Origin: Mytilus californianus
Lineage: Eukaryota
NCBI RefSeq assembly: GCF_021869535.1
Contig: NW_026262734.1
Location: 6,014,001-6,078,000, forward strand
Reading direction: 5' to 3'
Length of the DNA: 64,000 bases
Part shown: in pieces, positions 52,501 to 64,000 of the stretch
Position numbering within the stretch: position 1 is the first letter of the stretch
Layout: each line of letters begins with the position of its first letter
Notes under the pieces: generated by a model
What the model was told of the DNA's origin: nothing
Database searches by the model: none
The model's input: the letters and a program-made list of their open reading frames with translations, nothing else
Position numbers and translations under genes: made by a program

Positions 52501-55500
52501 GAACTAATTCCATCGAAAATTGTACTATGTAAACAGCGTCATCTATGCAGTGTAGTGATTAACTGTGATTTCTCAATACTCTCTACAACAGTGATAACAT
52601 GTTACTCAGCAACATGGTGTTTCAAGTTGTACCGGACATTGAAAATTATACATAGTGTCTCCATTTGTAGAAGACATTTTCAATTAGCTTACAGCACAAC
52701 ACAATGTCTCACCTACAAGTAATAAACATTACAATATAGTGTCTCCATTTGTAGGGGACACCTACAAGTACATTACAACATAGTGGCTCCTTTGGTAGGG
52801 GACACCTACAAGTACATTACAACATAGTGGCTCCTTTGGTAGGGGACACCTACAAGTACATTACAACATAGTGGCTCCATTGGTAGGGGACACCTACAAG
52901 TACATTACAACATAGTGGCTCCTTTGGTAGGGGACACCTACAAGTATATTACAACATAGTGGCTCCTTTGGTTGGGGACACCTACAAGTACATTACAACA
53001 TAGTGGCTCCATTGTAGGGGACACCTACAAGTACATTACAACATAGTGGCTCCATTGTAGGGGACACCTACAAGTACATTACAACATAGTGGCTCCATTG
53101 TAGGGGACACCTACAAGTACATTACAACATAGTGGCTCCTTTGGTAGGGGATACCTACAAGTACATTACAACATAGTGGCTCCATTGGTAGGGGACACCT
53201 ACAAGTACATTACAACATAATGGCTCCTTTGGTAGGGGACACCTACAAGTACATTACAACATAGTGGCTCCTTTGGTAGGGGACACCTACAAGTACATTA
53301 CAACATAGTGGCTCCTTTGGTAGGGGACACATACAAGTAAATTTCAACATAGTGGCTCCATTGGTAGGGGATACCAAGTACATTACAACATAGTGGCTCC
53401 TTTGGTAGGGGACACATACAAGTACATTTCAACATAATGACTCCATTGGTAGGGGACACCTACAAGTACATTTCAACATAGTGGCTCCATTGGTAGGGGA
53501 AACCTACAAGTACATTACAACATAGTGGCTCCTTTGGTAGGGGAAACCTACAAGTACATTACAACATAGTGGCTCCTTTGGTAAGGGACACATACAAGTA
53601 CATTTCAACATAGTGGCTCCATTGGTAGGGAAAACCAAGTACATTACAACATAGTGGCTCCTTTGGTAGGGGACACCTACAAGTATATTACAACATAGTG
53701 GCTCCTTTGGTAGGGGAAACCTACAAGTACATTACAACATAGTGGCTCCTTTGGTAGGGGACACATACAAGTACATTTCAACATAGTGGCTCCATTGGTA
53801 GGGAAAACCTACAAGTACATTACAACATAGTGGCTCCTTTGGTAGGGAAAACCTACAAGTACATGACAACATAGTGGCTTCTTTGATAGGGGACACCTAC
53901 AAATATATTACAACATAATGACTCCATTGGTAGGGGAAACCTACAAGTACATTACAATATAGTGGCTCCTTTGGTAGGGGACACCTACAAGTATATTACA
54001 ACATAATGACTACATTGGTAGGGGAAACCTACAAGTACATTTCAACATAGTGGCTCCATTGGTAGGGAAAACCTACAAGTACATTACAACATAGTGGCTC
54101 CTTTGGTAGGGGACACCTACAAGTACATTACAACATAGTGGCTCCTTTGGTAGGGGACACCTACAAGTACATTACAACATAATGACTCCATTGGTAGGGG
54201 ACACCTACAAGTACATTACAACATAGTGGCTCCTTTGGTAGGGGACACCTACAAGTACATTACAACATAATGACTCCATTGGTAGGGGACACCTACAAGT
54301 ACATTTCAACATAGTGGCTCCTTTGGTAGGGGACACCTACAAGTACATTACAACATAGTGGCTCCTTTGGTAGGGGAAACCTACAAGTACATTACAACAT
54401 AGTGGCTCCTTTGGTAGGGGAAACCTACAAGTACATTACAACACAGTGGCTCCTTTGGTAATGGACACTTATACAATATAACCAGATATGATGCTATAAA
54501 AAGTCTTATAGCTTAAACAGATCACTGCTATAAATTGACCACTATTTAACAAACAAACACAAATTCATTTTAAACTTTCACTTATAATTCCTCTTTCTCT
54601 TGTACACAAAACAAGTAGGTTGAATCAAATCTAATCAATAAAAATGGGAAGATAGTATTAAAATGTTTTTGAAGGATAGCTGAGACTTGAAGTATCAATA
54701 GTTTCTCATGTCCATGATAAAATGTCATCTTCCATTACATTGTAGGTATCAGGATTTCCACCTCGGACCAGCCACTGCCATCTCATTTGCCCATTATCCA
54801 GATTTCCAATCAGTGTAAGTACCGGTCATTTGCATATATTAACCTAGTTATTTCTAGTTTATTTATAAATCTAGCATGTCATAGCTTCGTTGTTAAATAT
54901 TCTCCATATAGATGTTAAAAGTCACATGATGCTAGAATAAAAAATATCTATATATTAATCTTGTTTGAGCAAGTCAGCATTTCTGGTAAAATGAGGGAAG
55001 GAAACTTATAATTCTGTACATGAATAAGAGGAACTGTATAGTATAAATCAATGATAAAGCAATCCACCAACAACATAAAAAAAGACCATCTAATTCAGTC
55101 ACTGTAACAAGTTATTGTACATTATACTTGTTAATTTTCAGAGCCAAAGAAGGAACTAACTACCCACCAGATGCTACAATAGAAGCTAGGAAGTTTGTCA
55201 TTAGAGATTTTGTTGTAGGAAGTAGTATTGCTGTCTTTGGTAATGTCACTGCAGATGGAACTAAAGTTGATGTGAGTATTGTCCATTTGTTTGTGTTTAG
55301 TGTTTAAATATAAGGGAAACTTTGTGTCTGATATATTTTACAGTTATTTTAAGCTATTACCCTTGTCTTAGAGTTTTCATGACAATGGGATTCATTTATA
55401 AAAATATTATGTTCAAACGTAATGGAGGCATGAAAAAAGATCAGTCAGCTAGTAGCCATTACATTTCTAGTGAACAAATGATAGACACTGGCCATATAGC

Positions 55501-58500
55501 AGTAAATAGAACATTTTGAGGAAAAGGGTTAGAGACTCGGTCATATCAAACAAGGTTTTTAACTAAAGGAAGGACTGCTTTGAAAAGGTTTATTTTTTAG
55601 GTTTCTTTAAAGGACAATTATTTTACAATAATTAAAAAACTAACCGTTTGCTTACAGGGAATATTATAAATTTTTAACTATAGGAAGACACAAACATGCA
55701 TTTAAGATAAAAAAAAAAGTTAAGATAAAATCTATTCTTATCTTGACTATAATCAAGTTAACAAATTGGTCTTCTTTTTTTCAATGAAATGACAATATGC
55801 AAATTAACAAAAATGTTTATATTGTAGTTAATTCACAGAGAACATGATGCTGCCATTCATGCTTTATCTGCTCATCCTACAAAGTAAGTTTGTGAGAGTT
55901 ATCTCCCTTTAGTATCAGAATGTTTACATTGTATTTAATTCACAGAGAACATGATGCTGCCATTCATGCTTTATCTACTCATCCTACAAAGTAAGTTTAT
56001 AAGAGTTAACACCACAGACTTGCAAGTTTCATTTAATTTTGGCATGGCATCATTATTTGGTTTTATGATAAGGCTGACTTTTCACATCATGTAGTAGGTT
56101 ATATACAGTGAATCTTAAGGTGTCCTTGTCAATTTGACTATCTGATTAGTTAACATTTTCAATGCCAGAATCGAAAATATATTGTATAAAGTGTTCAACT
56201 GGCCATATACAAATATGGCATCATTAGTCTTTTAATTCCTTAAATGATTCAAAATACTAAAGAATATAATATAGCTGAGAGCATTTTAAGTTTTCTAGTT
56301 GATGTTTGAGAAACTGATTTCAAACATTTCTTTTTTTTCAGACCATATTTGATAATTGGTAGTTATGCAGGATTAATAAAGATATGGGACTATGAAAAGA
56401 AGTAAGTCAATAAGTAATGATCTATTTTATCATGGAGATTTAGTTTAAAACCAAATCGAATGTAAAGTCAAAAAGGTATATAATTAAACATTGGAGTAAT
56501 AGTCAATCGCTTCACCATTATCTGAAGACCTTATTTAGGATTCTGTGATACTTTACCTGTTGATGTCATTCAGCAATCAGTTTACTTTGTGGCAGACTTT
56601 TTCTCTTGTAATGTTAAAGTTTTATTGGAACATCTGTGATACACTTCTAGTGGCATACACATAGAGATAATGTGTATTAAAAACAAGTGTTAGATATATG
56701 TCCAAGATTAAGTTTACCTGTTTTGAGTGCATTGCATTGCTTTCCAGTGCATTTAAAACATTGGTCTGTACTTCTCCTTTTTGTGGTATGAACTATACAA
56801 CAAAACTTTAATCTATATATTTATTATCAGACAAGTGGTAGTAACCCGACAGTTTGAGAGAGGATGTTTAATCAGATGTTGTGCATTTGACCCTAAAGGA
56901 CAATATATAGGTAAGTTTTATATACCATTGGGTTTTATCAGAAATATTTTGACAGCTTTAGATGTTTAAGAACATGATCAGTCAGGGGTTTATCAGGGTT
57001 TGTTTGTTATTTCCCATAGTAATCAGGTTTGTTTGTTTGTTATTTCCCATAGTAATCAGGTTTGTTTGTTTGTTATTTCCCATAGTAATCAGGTTTGTTT
57101 GTTTGTTATTTCCCATAGTAATCAGGTTTGTTTGTTTGTTATTTCCCATAGTAATCAGGTTTGTTTGTTTGTTATTTCCCATAGTAATCAGGTTTGTTTG
57201 TTTGTTATTTCCCATAGTAATCAGGTTTAACCCATTTGTAGTCACAGCAACAAATAGTAACAAAAACATACAATTCTGTTTTTAAGTAATATTCTGATAC
57301 AATTAATATTTTTGACAGATTTTGCTTTTGAGAATGGTCAGCAGAGATTATAGATTTTGATAAATTTACTATTTGTTTACAGCTATTGGTTTTGTGAATG
57401 GTCAGCTGAGAGTATAGATTTTGATAAATTTAATATTTGTTTACAGCTATTGGTTTTGTGAATGGTCAGCTGAGAGTATAGATTTTGATAAATTTACTAT
57501 TTGTTTACAGCTATTGGTTTTGTGAATGGTCAGCTGAGAGTAGTAGATTCTATCACTTTAGAAGATGAATTATCAGAACCGTTCCGTTATGCCAGATATG
57601 CCATCACTCATTTAGCTTTCTCCCATGATTCTCAATACTTAGCTACAGCCGTAAGTATTTTACTTGGGTTATTTATTCATCTCAACAGGAACCTGTTGCA
57701 TGAAGTTCAAATGTATGATTTTTTTAGAAATTAAAGTCTTCACAATTAATTGCTTCAAAATATTTGTTAATGTGTGTTCTGTGAAGTGATGATCACATCC
57801 ATTTTGTTTGACTGTAATTACTTGTCATTATCATTGTCATGCTATACTGTTTACTACAACTTTCAGAGCCAAGCTACCAAAGTAAGTCACATGCTTGTTG
57901 TAAAAACACACCAATTTATTATAGAAACAACCAAATATTTTATTCCATTTAGCTTCTTTTTTTCTATTTTTTTTTTATATACCGGTAATTGAATAGTTAC
58001 AATTTCAGTATGCACCCTTTACTCTTTATGTCAATAAGTTTAAGTTCATATCATAGTGGTGTATTGAGTTATATGTATATATATATTTCCCTACACCAAA
58101 TTTAGTTTATTGGTATATATGTATAATTACCCTTTTATTCTTTTCCAAATCCTAATAAGTGTTTTAATTTGCTATTCAATGATCATTTTTTTTTTGTATT
58201 ATTCATACACATTTTATAACATAAATGCAATATTGGAGAAAAAGTTAATATATTCTCTCAACTCACTGAACTGTTGTTTGGTTACATTCGCCAGCTTGGA
58301 TGTTATACCACTCAAAGTATTTACTTAATTTCTTATCTATAAAGTATTGTTCCTGCATGAGTTATCTCCCATATCATAGGGCATGTACACTCACTAGTTT
58401 ACAAAGGATTATTGCATGTTATATTTCATGTAGTAAAAAGATTATTTCTAATGTATTTACATGTATATATAGGAGAGAGCTTTATAGTCTAGACACATTT

Positions 58501-61500
58501 TTATACTGGTATTCAGTGGTATATCACAAAGAACCATGATTATATATATAGTTGCTTATTCTTATATAGAGAGATGATAAATACACCAGAAATAACGTTC
58601 TGATGAAAATCGTTTGTTTGAATAAAGAAAGAATATAAAGTGGGGTCAATATTTAGATAGGTGTAAATTCAGGAATTTTTTTAAGATTGAAGTAACATTA
58701 AATAACAGTGCAGCTCATATTTTATCCTTAAAGAATTAAAAAAAACTGTGGCATATAAATCATTGAACAATAACTCAACATTCAAGTTACTCAAAAATGA
58801 GCCCCACATGAAAAGCTCAACCAAAACCTCAACAAATTAATCCAAACTAATTTTGGTAACTCAACCTTTTTGTATTATCTTGATCAATAGATTACATGTA
58901 TATCAATTTGAATCCTTTGATTAACTCAATGTTCTGAAAGTTAACAATGAAATTTGAAAGAAAACTTTGCAATGTGAAAGTTAACCTTAAAATCTGAAAT
59001 CTGAGAGTAAACCTTGAAATCTAAAAATAAACTTTGAAATCTGAAAGTATATAGACATTAAAATCTGAAAAAATAACCTTGAAATTTTAAAGTAAACATT
59101 GAACAAGTTGCTTTCATCTTAGGAAAATTTGGTTTAATTGTTATTTTTACATTAACAAAAACTAAAGTTGTATAATATTTTATGATGTGTCAATTGTATT
59201 AATTTTACATGTTTTTGTTGAAGGTTCGAGAAGTTACAATTGATGTTTTATGTTTAAATACATGTGTAATTAAAAAAAATGTGTCTGAGGTGACATTTAA
59301 GCATGGAGAGTACACAACACCCTACATAACACTATATGTAATGTTATTTTAGGATGGGGAATACACAGTATCAGTATATAAAAGACAGAGAGGTGTAGAG
59401 GTGGATCCTTATATATACCTTGGAAGATATAGAGCTCACTATAAAGAGATAAAAGATCTGATGTTTGGTATACATTTAGATAATAATCAACCAAGATTGT
59501 TGTCATTGGGGATGGATAGAGTTTTAGTAAGTATTAATAAGAATAGATATTTTACATGTTTATAGATATTTATTGAATAATATAACACAATTTATATGTA
59601 ATATTTGATTTTAAAATAGATTACACCAACATCCAACAAATAGCTTGATAATGACGTATATAAAAAGATATGAGAAGATGCACAAACAAATGTGGGCAAA
59701 CTATTTACAAACCAGCTTCTTTTAATAAGATAATCAGATTAGCAAGATAGTGTGACTTGGTGCAAGATAGTGTGACTTGGTACTGAACATTTAAATTTCA
59801 AATATTGTAGATTTATTTATTGGTCATGGAATACCTGTGTTTTTTTAAGGATTTTATTGAACAGAGAAACATTAATAACCTTATAGCTGTTTTATTTTGG
59901 CATAATGCTTTAAATATTTGGTCTTTTATAAGAAGCTTTATTAAAATTTGCTAAACTTCCAAGATGTCTCAGAGAATCATGTTATCGTAAATTCACTTCA
60001 TACTTATAAATGCTGTATTCCTTTCAGGTTGAGTATGACCTTGAGAACAGTAGTAAAGATGACCTTAGAATAACCAGTTCTGACAGGATAGAACAAAGTG
60101 CTGTACCTCAATGTATGACCTGGTATCCACCAATCACTAAAGAGCATTTTGTCCTAACAGCTAATGATCAGGTAAAACTTCTATTTATCTCACTGTATGG
60201 TTATTCAACCATTCAAAATGGAGATATCTTTCTCATAGTCAGTGAATGAGTTAAACTTAAAATCATTGCTGTATAAATCTGTATGCTTGTATCGTACAAT
60301 AACAAAGGAAAGCATTTTGTCCTCAAAGCCTTGAATATAAAAATAAGAATAGGTGGTATTATTGCCAATAAGACAACTATCCACCAGAGTTCAAATGAAA
60401 TGGATGTTATCAATTATAGGCCACTGTACATCCTTCAACAATAAGAAAAACCCATACTGTATAGTTGGCTATAAAAGTCCCTGACATGAAAAATGTGAAA
60501 GAATTCAACTGAGAAAACGAACAGCATAATTTATAACAAAACAATTTACGAAAAAACAAATATGACAGACACAAACCAACGACAACCACTGAACTACAGG
60601 CTCCTGACTTGTGAAAGGCACATAATGAATGTTGCAGGGTAACATGTTTGTGAGTGTTCAACCCTCCCCCTAAGCTGGGACAGTGGTGTAACCCCACAAC
60701 ATAACAACAAACTGTGAAAATCAGATGCAATTGGCTTAACTCAAAAGATTGGTACGAGGAAAAAACAACTAACATAAAAACAATAGACTTGTTCACTGCT
60801 ATACACTACTGTAATATCTTGGTATCCAATCACAATAAATTTGTCTTTTCATCCAATTATCAAGTTAGACTTATTCACTGCCTTAGATATCATTGTGTCA
60901 GTTCTTCAAGTTTAGATAGTCATGACATATCTTTATTCATTTATTTGGGGTTTTTTTACAGTATAAATTCAAGTTATATAATGCCACCACCAAAATGTGT
61001 AGGAAGACTCTACTTGGACCAACATATGGTACACCAGTAAAAAGGTAATGTTTTATTAACATGATTACTGAAAGTTCAGACTTGGTAAGTCGCAAACATA
61101 ATATCCAATACATATATCTGTATGCAGATTTTCCTGAAACCACTATGATCTTTCTTGCATTTTTGTCCATTTTTCAAAAATCGCAATAATTTCTGAATTG
61201 AAAGCATTATACGCAAAGATTAATAATTTAACATTATCACTATAGATTTTGAAAGGAGATTTACAGCAAAAATTTAAGTATGATCATTTATTCAGATTTT
61301 TGTGTATATTTTGATTTCTAACATTCCTTTTTATAGAATGGAAGTAGTACCGACAGCTGATCCTGTTAAAGATAAACGTTACTTGGCCTATGTCACAACA
61401 GATAAAGTAGGCCTGAGTATGCTGCCACTCGATGGCAACCCACACAATGCCATGGCCTTGATCACACATCCAGGGGGAGTAGAAAATATGGTGTGTAGCT

Positions 61501-64000
61501 ACGATGGAAAATACTTGTTCACTGCAGGGGGAGCTGATGCTACAGTACACATGTGGGAAATCAACGTCAGGTATGTTACTCATGCACACATCACACATCC
61601 ATGGGTTAGGATCGTTTGGGTCAGTTTTGATACTTATCAATAGGTCACACACACACAGGTTAATATTGTGTGTGATTAAGATAGAATGTCTTTGATAGCT
61701 TTCTTCTTCAAATATGATTAAAATATTAACTTAAATGGGATTTAAAATTTGTAAAAGTATATAAAAAGAAATTGAAATGAAGGAAAATCAGATTTGTACC
61801 TATAGAAAATAATGTCTGTTACAACAGCATTTAAACATAGCACATCCTTTGGGAAACAGACTTTAATACTAGTATACACATCTTGATATAAACCAGAATT
61901 CACCATAAAATTTTATTTTCATAATTTATTCTGTTCACTATGCTTGAAAAAAGTAAAAACAAAAATATTGAAGTATTTAATGCTTGAATGTTTGTTAGAT
62001 TTTTCTTGGCAACTTAATTTATCATTTAAAGAAATACAACCTTTTATAAATTGTAAGAATTAAATAGAGAATTGAAATCTCATTGGAATTTGGAACCAGA
62101 ATAGTGCCCTTTTTTTTTTTTTTTGAAGTAAATATTTTTTATTACATATCTGCTGTTTTAACAATTTACTCGGATAACAGCGTTAGCCCGAGTATCCATG
62201 TTATTAGTTACTGAATCTCCAGGGAAAAAGCTTGTTAAAAAAGTAATCAATTATTATCAGTAATAACATCTACATTCTTTTAAATACAGTGTATACATAT
62301 AAAGAATAAAATCCCATGGTATAAATCACGTGTTTACGGAATATCAATTTGCTTTCCGAATTTGTACTCATTTTCCCTTATTTATTTTAATCATTGACAC
62401 AGTTATTTTGTACTTGACCTTTTGTGTCGGATTTGTTAACCTGTTTACTAATTCATTGTTCGAAAACTAGAGCAAAAATGCACATGTTTGTAGTTAACAT
62501 TAGATTATAAACTAGTTTGCTAAGTATTATATACTATTCATTAGTGCCTTACTTACTTCAATCCTCAAGTCTAAATGATATTAATAAATGGAAATGTGGG
62601 GGTGATAACTAGACAGCAATCCATCAACATGTGCATAATGTTAAACTCTAAATGTTCTTGTGTATAAAAGAGACTATAAAAAATCTTCAATCGTATTTAA
62701 AACACATTCTATTAAATCTTTAAAAACCATTCTGTTGTTTATACTTTATGGTGAATTAGAAGCACACTGTGGACTTGAGGGGAGATTTAAAACAATTCTA
62801 TGTTTTATATTTCACAGTGTTTTGGAAGCACAGTCCAGACTTGGAGGAGAAGATTTAATACCATTCTATGGTTTACTGGAAGGTGGTAGAGATGGAGAAC
62901 TGTTCAGAGAATTAGAAGATTACTTTTATTATGCACAAATCAGAAGGTAACTTCACTCTTAAATTTAATAAAGGAAAACCCACTATCAAAAAATGTTTCA
63001 CTATAAATATATGTTCTAACATGAAAGTGAAAACCAAATAACAGAAAAGAAATTTCAAAAATGATAACCTTTTTTGATCCTTTTAAAATAATATCTAGGC
63101 TCTGTTTTTCAAATGTATTTTATACATTTTCATTTAAGTGTCTAATATCCATATGTCATTAAAGAATGAACCCTTTACTTTGCAGTCAAGGTGTGAATGC
63201 AATGGATAAAAGAGAAGTATCAGTAAAGATTCCACTATCAGAAGTACCATTTGTAATGAGGGCAATGGGTTTCTACCCATCTGAACAAGAGGTAAGATTC
63301 CACTATCAGAAGTACTGTTTGTTATGAGGGCAATTCGTTTCTACCCATCTGAACAAGTGGTAATGTTATCATATAATACTAGTTGTACATAAAGCACTTT
63401 TAACACAATTTATTTAAAACTATAGGTAAAAAGATTAATGAATTCTACAGTAATTTTAATTAAAATAGAAGTTTTTGTGTAACTTTAAGTGCTGTCATTC
63501 TCTCTCATGAAAGTCATAATTAATTGACTGTAAAGTAGTCAAAAACTTGAATATTTGATTAGTTATCTCCTTTTTGACAGTTTGAAAAAATAATATTTTT
63601 TAGAAGTTACTTGTAAACTAAACTGACACCATCACATTTCTGTTTGTTTATTGTCATGGTTAAATGTTCCTTGTTTTTTAATCCAATTTTAACAGCGTTT
63701 TCTGTTAAAATTAAAAAAAAGGTTATTTGGCTGGCAGACAGGGACATTCAGCTATAGTTTAAACATGAAACCAGAAATTAAAAGTCAAGATAACACTATA
63801 CAATTTTATTGGCTATTAAGTGACAAGTTACCAAATTTATTAAGACACTTTATAAAATTCATAAAAGTATCTAATAGTTTTCCTGAATCCTGTGGACAAA
63901 AATGCTAGAATCTTATTCCTTATATATTTTATATACCTTTATAACACATGGTTTTCTTTGTGAACAGATTGAGGATATGTTAAATGAAGTGAAGTTCAGT
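42887..64000 (+). CDS. CFAP251: Cilia- and flagella-associated protein 251 (WDR66), WD40 repeats; 3' end beyond the window
   Basis: 21 GT-AG exons splice in frame with no stop. Recognisable family motifs include [77 protein letters not shown] and [23 protein letters not shown]. Confidence 0.95.
44475..44621 (+). CDS. CFAP251: CFAP251 exon 2
   Basis: [10 protein letters not shown]...HILQGH|gtaagt. Confidence 0.95.
44791..46001 (-). mobile_element. ~1.2-kb Helentron-associated (HINE/DINE-1-like) element in CFAP251 intron 2
   Basis: Sub-terminal repeat aggtctttccac at 44823-44834 and 45970-45981; inverted partner gtggaaaaactt at 45988-45999; perfect stem-loop caattgttc-aga-gaacaattg at 44801-44821. 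Absent from the inverted duplicate. Confidence 0.8.
46402..46505 (+). CDS. CFAP251: CFAP251 exon 3
   Basis: [22 protein letters not shown]...WDTYTG. Confidence 0.95.
47072..47180 (+). CDS. CFAP251: CFAP251 exon 4
   Basis: IPVQTIF...[16 protein letters not shown]. Confidence 0.95.
47968..48126 (+). CDS. CFAP251: CFAP251 exon 5
   Basis: VLSIWNW...VIFYHW. Confidence 0.95.
48579..48747 (+). CDS. CFAP251: CFAP251 exon 6
   Basis: [10 protein letters not shown]...[12 protein letters not shown]; t|gtaggt. Confidence 0.93.
49810..49900 (+). CDS. CFAP251: CFAP251 exon 7
   Basis: [13 protein letters not shown]...VLTTTD; aa|gtaagt. Confidence 0.93.
51247..52265 (+). repeat. Mixed 61-/42-bp array of the CFAP251 exon 8 acceptor plus exon start (21 acceptors)
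   Basis: ttttacag|gtttata counted 21 times between 51269 and 52265. Confidence 0.95.
52266..52334 (+). CDS. CFAP251: CFAP251 exon 8
   Basis: [22 protein letters not shown]; tg|gtaagt. Confidence 0.92.
52711..54460. repeat. 44-bp minisatellite (acctacaagtacattacaacatagtggctcctttggtaggggac)n, ~40 copies, in CFAP251 intron 8
   Basis: Direct reading. Confidence 0.95.
54746..54814 (+). CDS. CFAP251: CFAP251 exon 9
   Basis: [22 protein letters not shown]. Confidence 0.92.
55142..55271 (+). CDS. CFAP251: CFAP251 exon 10
   Basis: [12 protein letters not shown]...DGTKVD|gtgagt. Confidence 0.92.
55828..55883 (+). CDS. CFAP251: CFAP251 exon 11
   Basis: attgtag|[18 protein letters not shown] aa|gtaagt. 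Confidence 0.9.
56342..56401 (+). CDS. CFAP251: CFAP251 exon 12
   Basis: [19 protein letters not shown]. Confidence 0.93.
56831..56910 (+). CDS. CFAP251: CFAP251 exon 13
   Basis: [11 protein letters not shown]...AFDPKGQYI. Confidence 0.93.
56995..57227. repeat. 33-bp minisatellite (gtttgtttgtttgttatttcccatagtaatcag)n, ~7 copies
   Basis: Direct reading; lies in CFAP251 intron 13. Confidence 0.95.
57511..57650 (+). CDS. CFAP251: CFAP251 exon 14
   Basis: [12 protein letters not shown]...[12 protein letters not shown]|gtaagt. Confidence 0.93.
59353..59526 (+). CDS. CFAP251: CFAP251 exon 15
   Basis: DGEYTVSVY...[10 protein letters not shown]...[12 protein letters not shown]. Confidence 0.95.
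60028..60171 (+). CDS. CFAP251: CFAP251 exon 16
   Basis: [13 protein letters not shown]...FVLTANDQ. Confidence 0.95.
60345..60790 (+). mobile_element. Long copy of an abundant dispersed repeat (gRtgtggtatgattgccaatgagacaact family)
   Basis: Related copies at ~16272, ~18180-18570 (-), ~20180, ~23765, ~48520 (-) and ~49520. Confidence 0.75.
60962..61044 (+). CDS. CFAP251: CFAP251 exon 17
   Basis: [27 protein letters not shown]. Confidence 0.95.
61337..61570 (+). CDS. CFAP251: CFAP251 exon 18
   Basis: MEVVPT...LPLDGNPH...YLFTAGG...MWEINV. Confidence 0.95.
62818..62946 (+). CDS. CFAP251: CFAP251 exon 19
   Basis: [13 protein letters not shown]...[11 protein letters not shown]. Confidence 0.95.
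63186..63291 (+). CDS. CFAP251: CFAP251 exon 20
   Basis: [10 protein letters not shown]...[12 protein letters not shown]|gtaaga. Confidence 0.95.
63968..64000 (+). CDS. CFAP251: CFAP251 exon 21 (partial, runs off the window)
   Basis: tgaacag|[11 protein letters not shown]. Confidence 0.9.
   Translation, partial: MEDMLNEVKFS

Noticed and set aside
52500-54460. Minus-strand acceptor-like ttgtag in the 44-bp satellite as another exon-boundary array of a nested gene
   Set aside because: The unique sequence after the last unit has stops in all three frames within about 30 nt.
55919-55990. Exon 11 copy as a mutually exclusive exon
   Set aside because: Its phase-0 acceptor is mutated (AG->AT). 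The remaining acceptors are out of frame if exon 11 is skipped.

Overview
AT-rich eukaryotic genomic DNA, probably a bivalve such as Mytilus (inferred from dispersed repeat families I recognise, not from a search). There is a 168-N gap at 880-1047. Most ORF-track entries are satellite or repeat artefacts, so I rebuilt the genes by hand from splice sites. (1) A 5-exon minus-strand gene (19785->4678, 459 aa) has an E...PD-x25-EAK...QxxGE signature and is a candidate PD-(D/E)xK restriction-endonuclease-fold protein. (2) A small secreted single-domain Kunitz inhibitor gene (22702-24889, +, 78 aa) is absent from the ORF track. (3) CFAP251/WDR66 (+, from 42887) has 21 exons in the window and continues past the end. 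(4) An inverted, pseudogenised partial copy of CFAP251 exons 1-6 lies at 30057-33542, between two satellites. The most unusual pattern is six separate tandem duplications that straddle exon boundaries in two genes. They include arrays of about 45 and 21 splice acceptors, and in every case a copy that restores the normal protein is kept. The rest of the window is a decayed LINE RT, SINEs, MITEs, Helentron-type (HINE) elements and many minisatellites.
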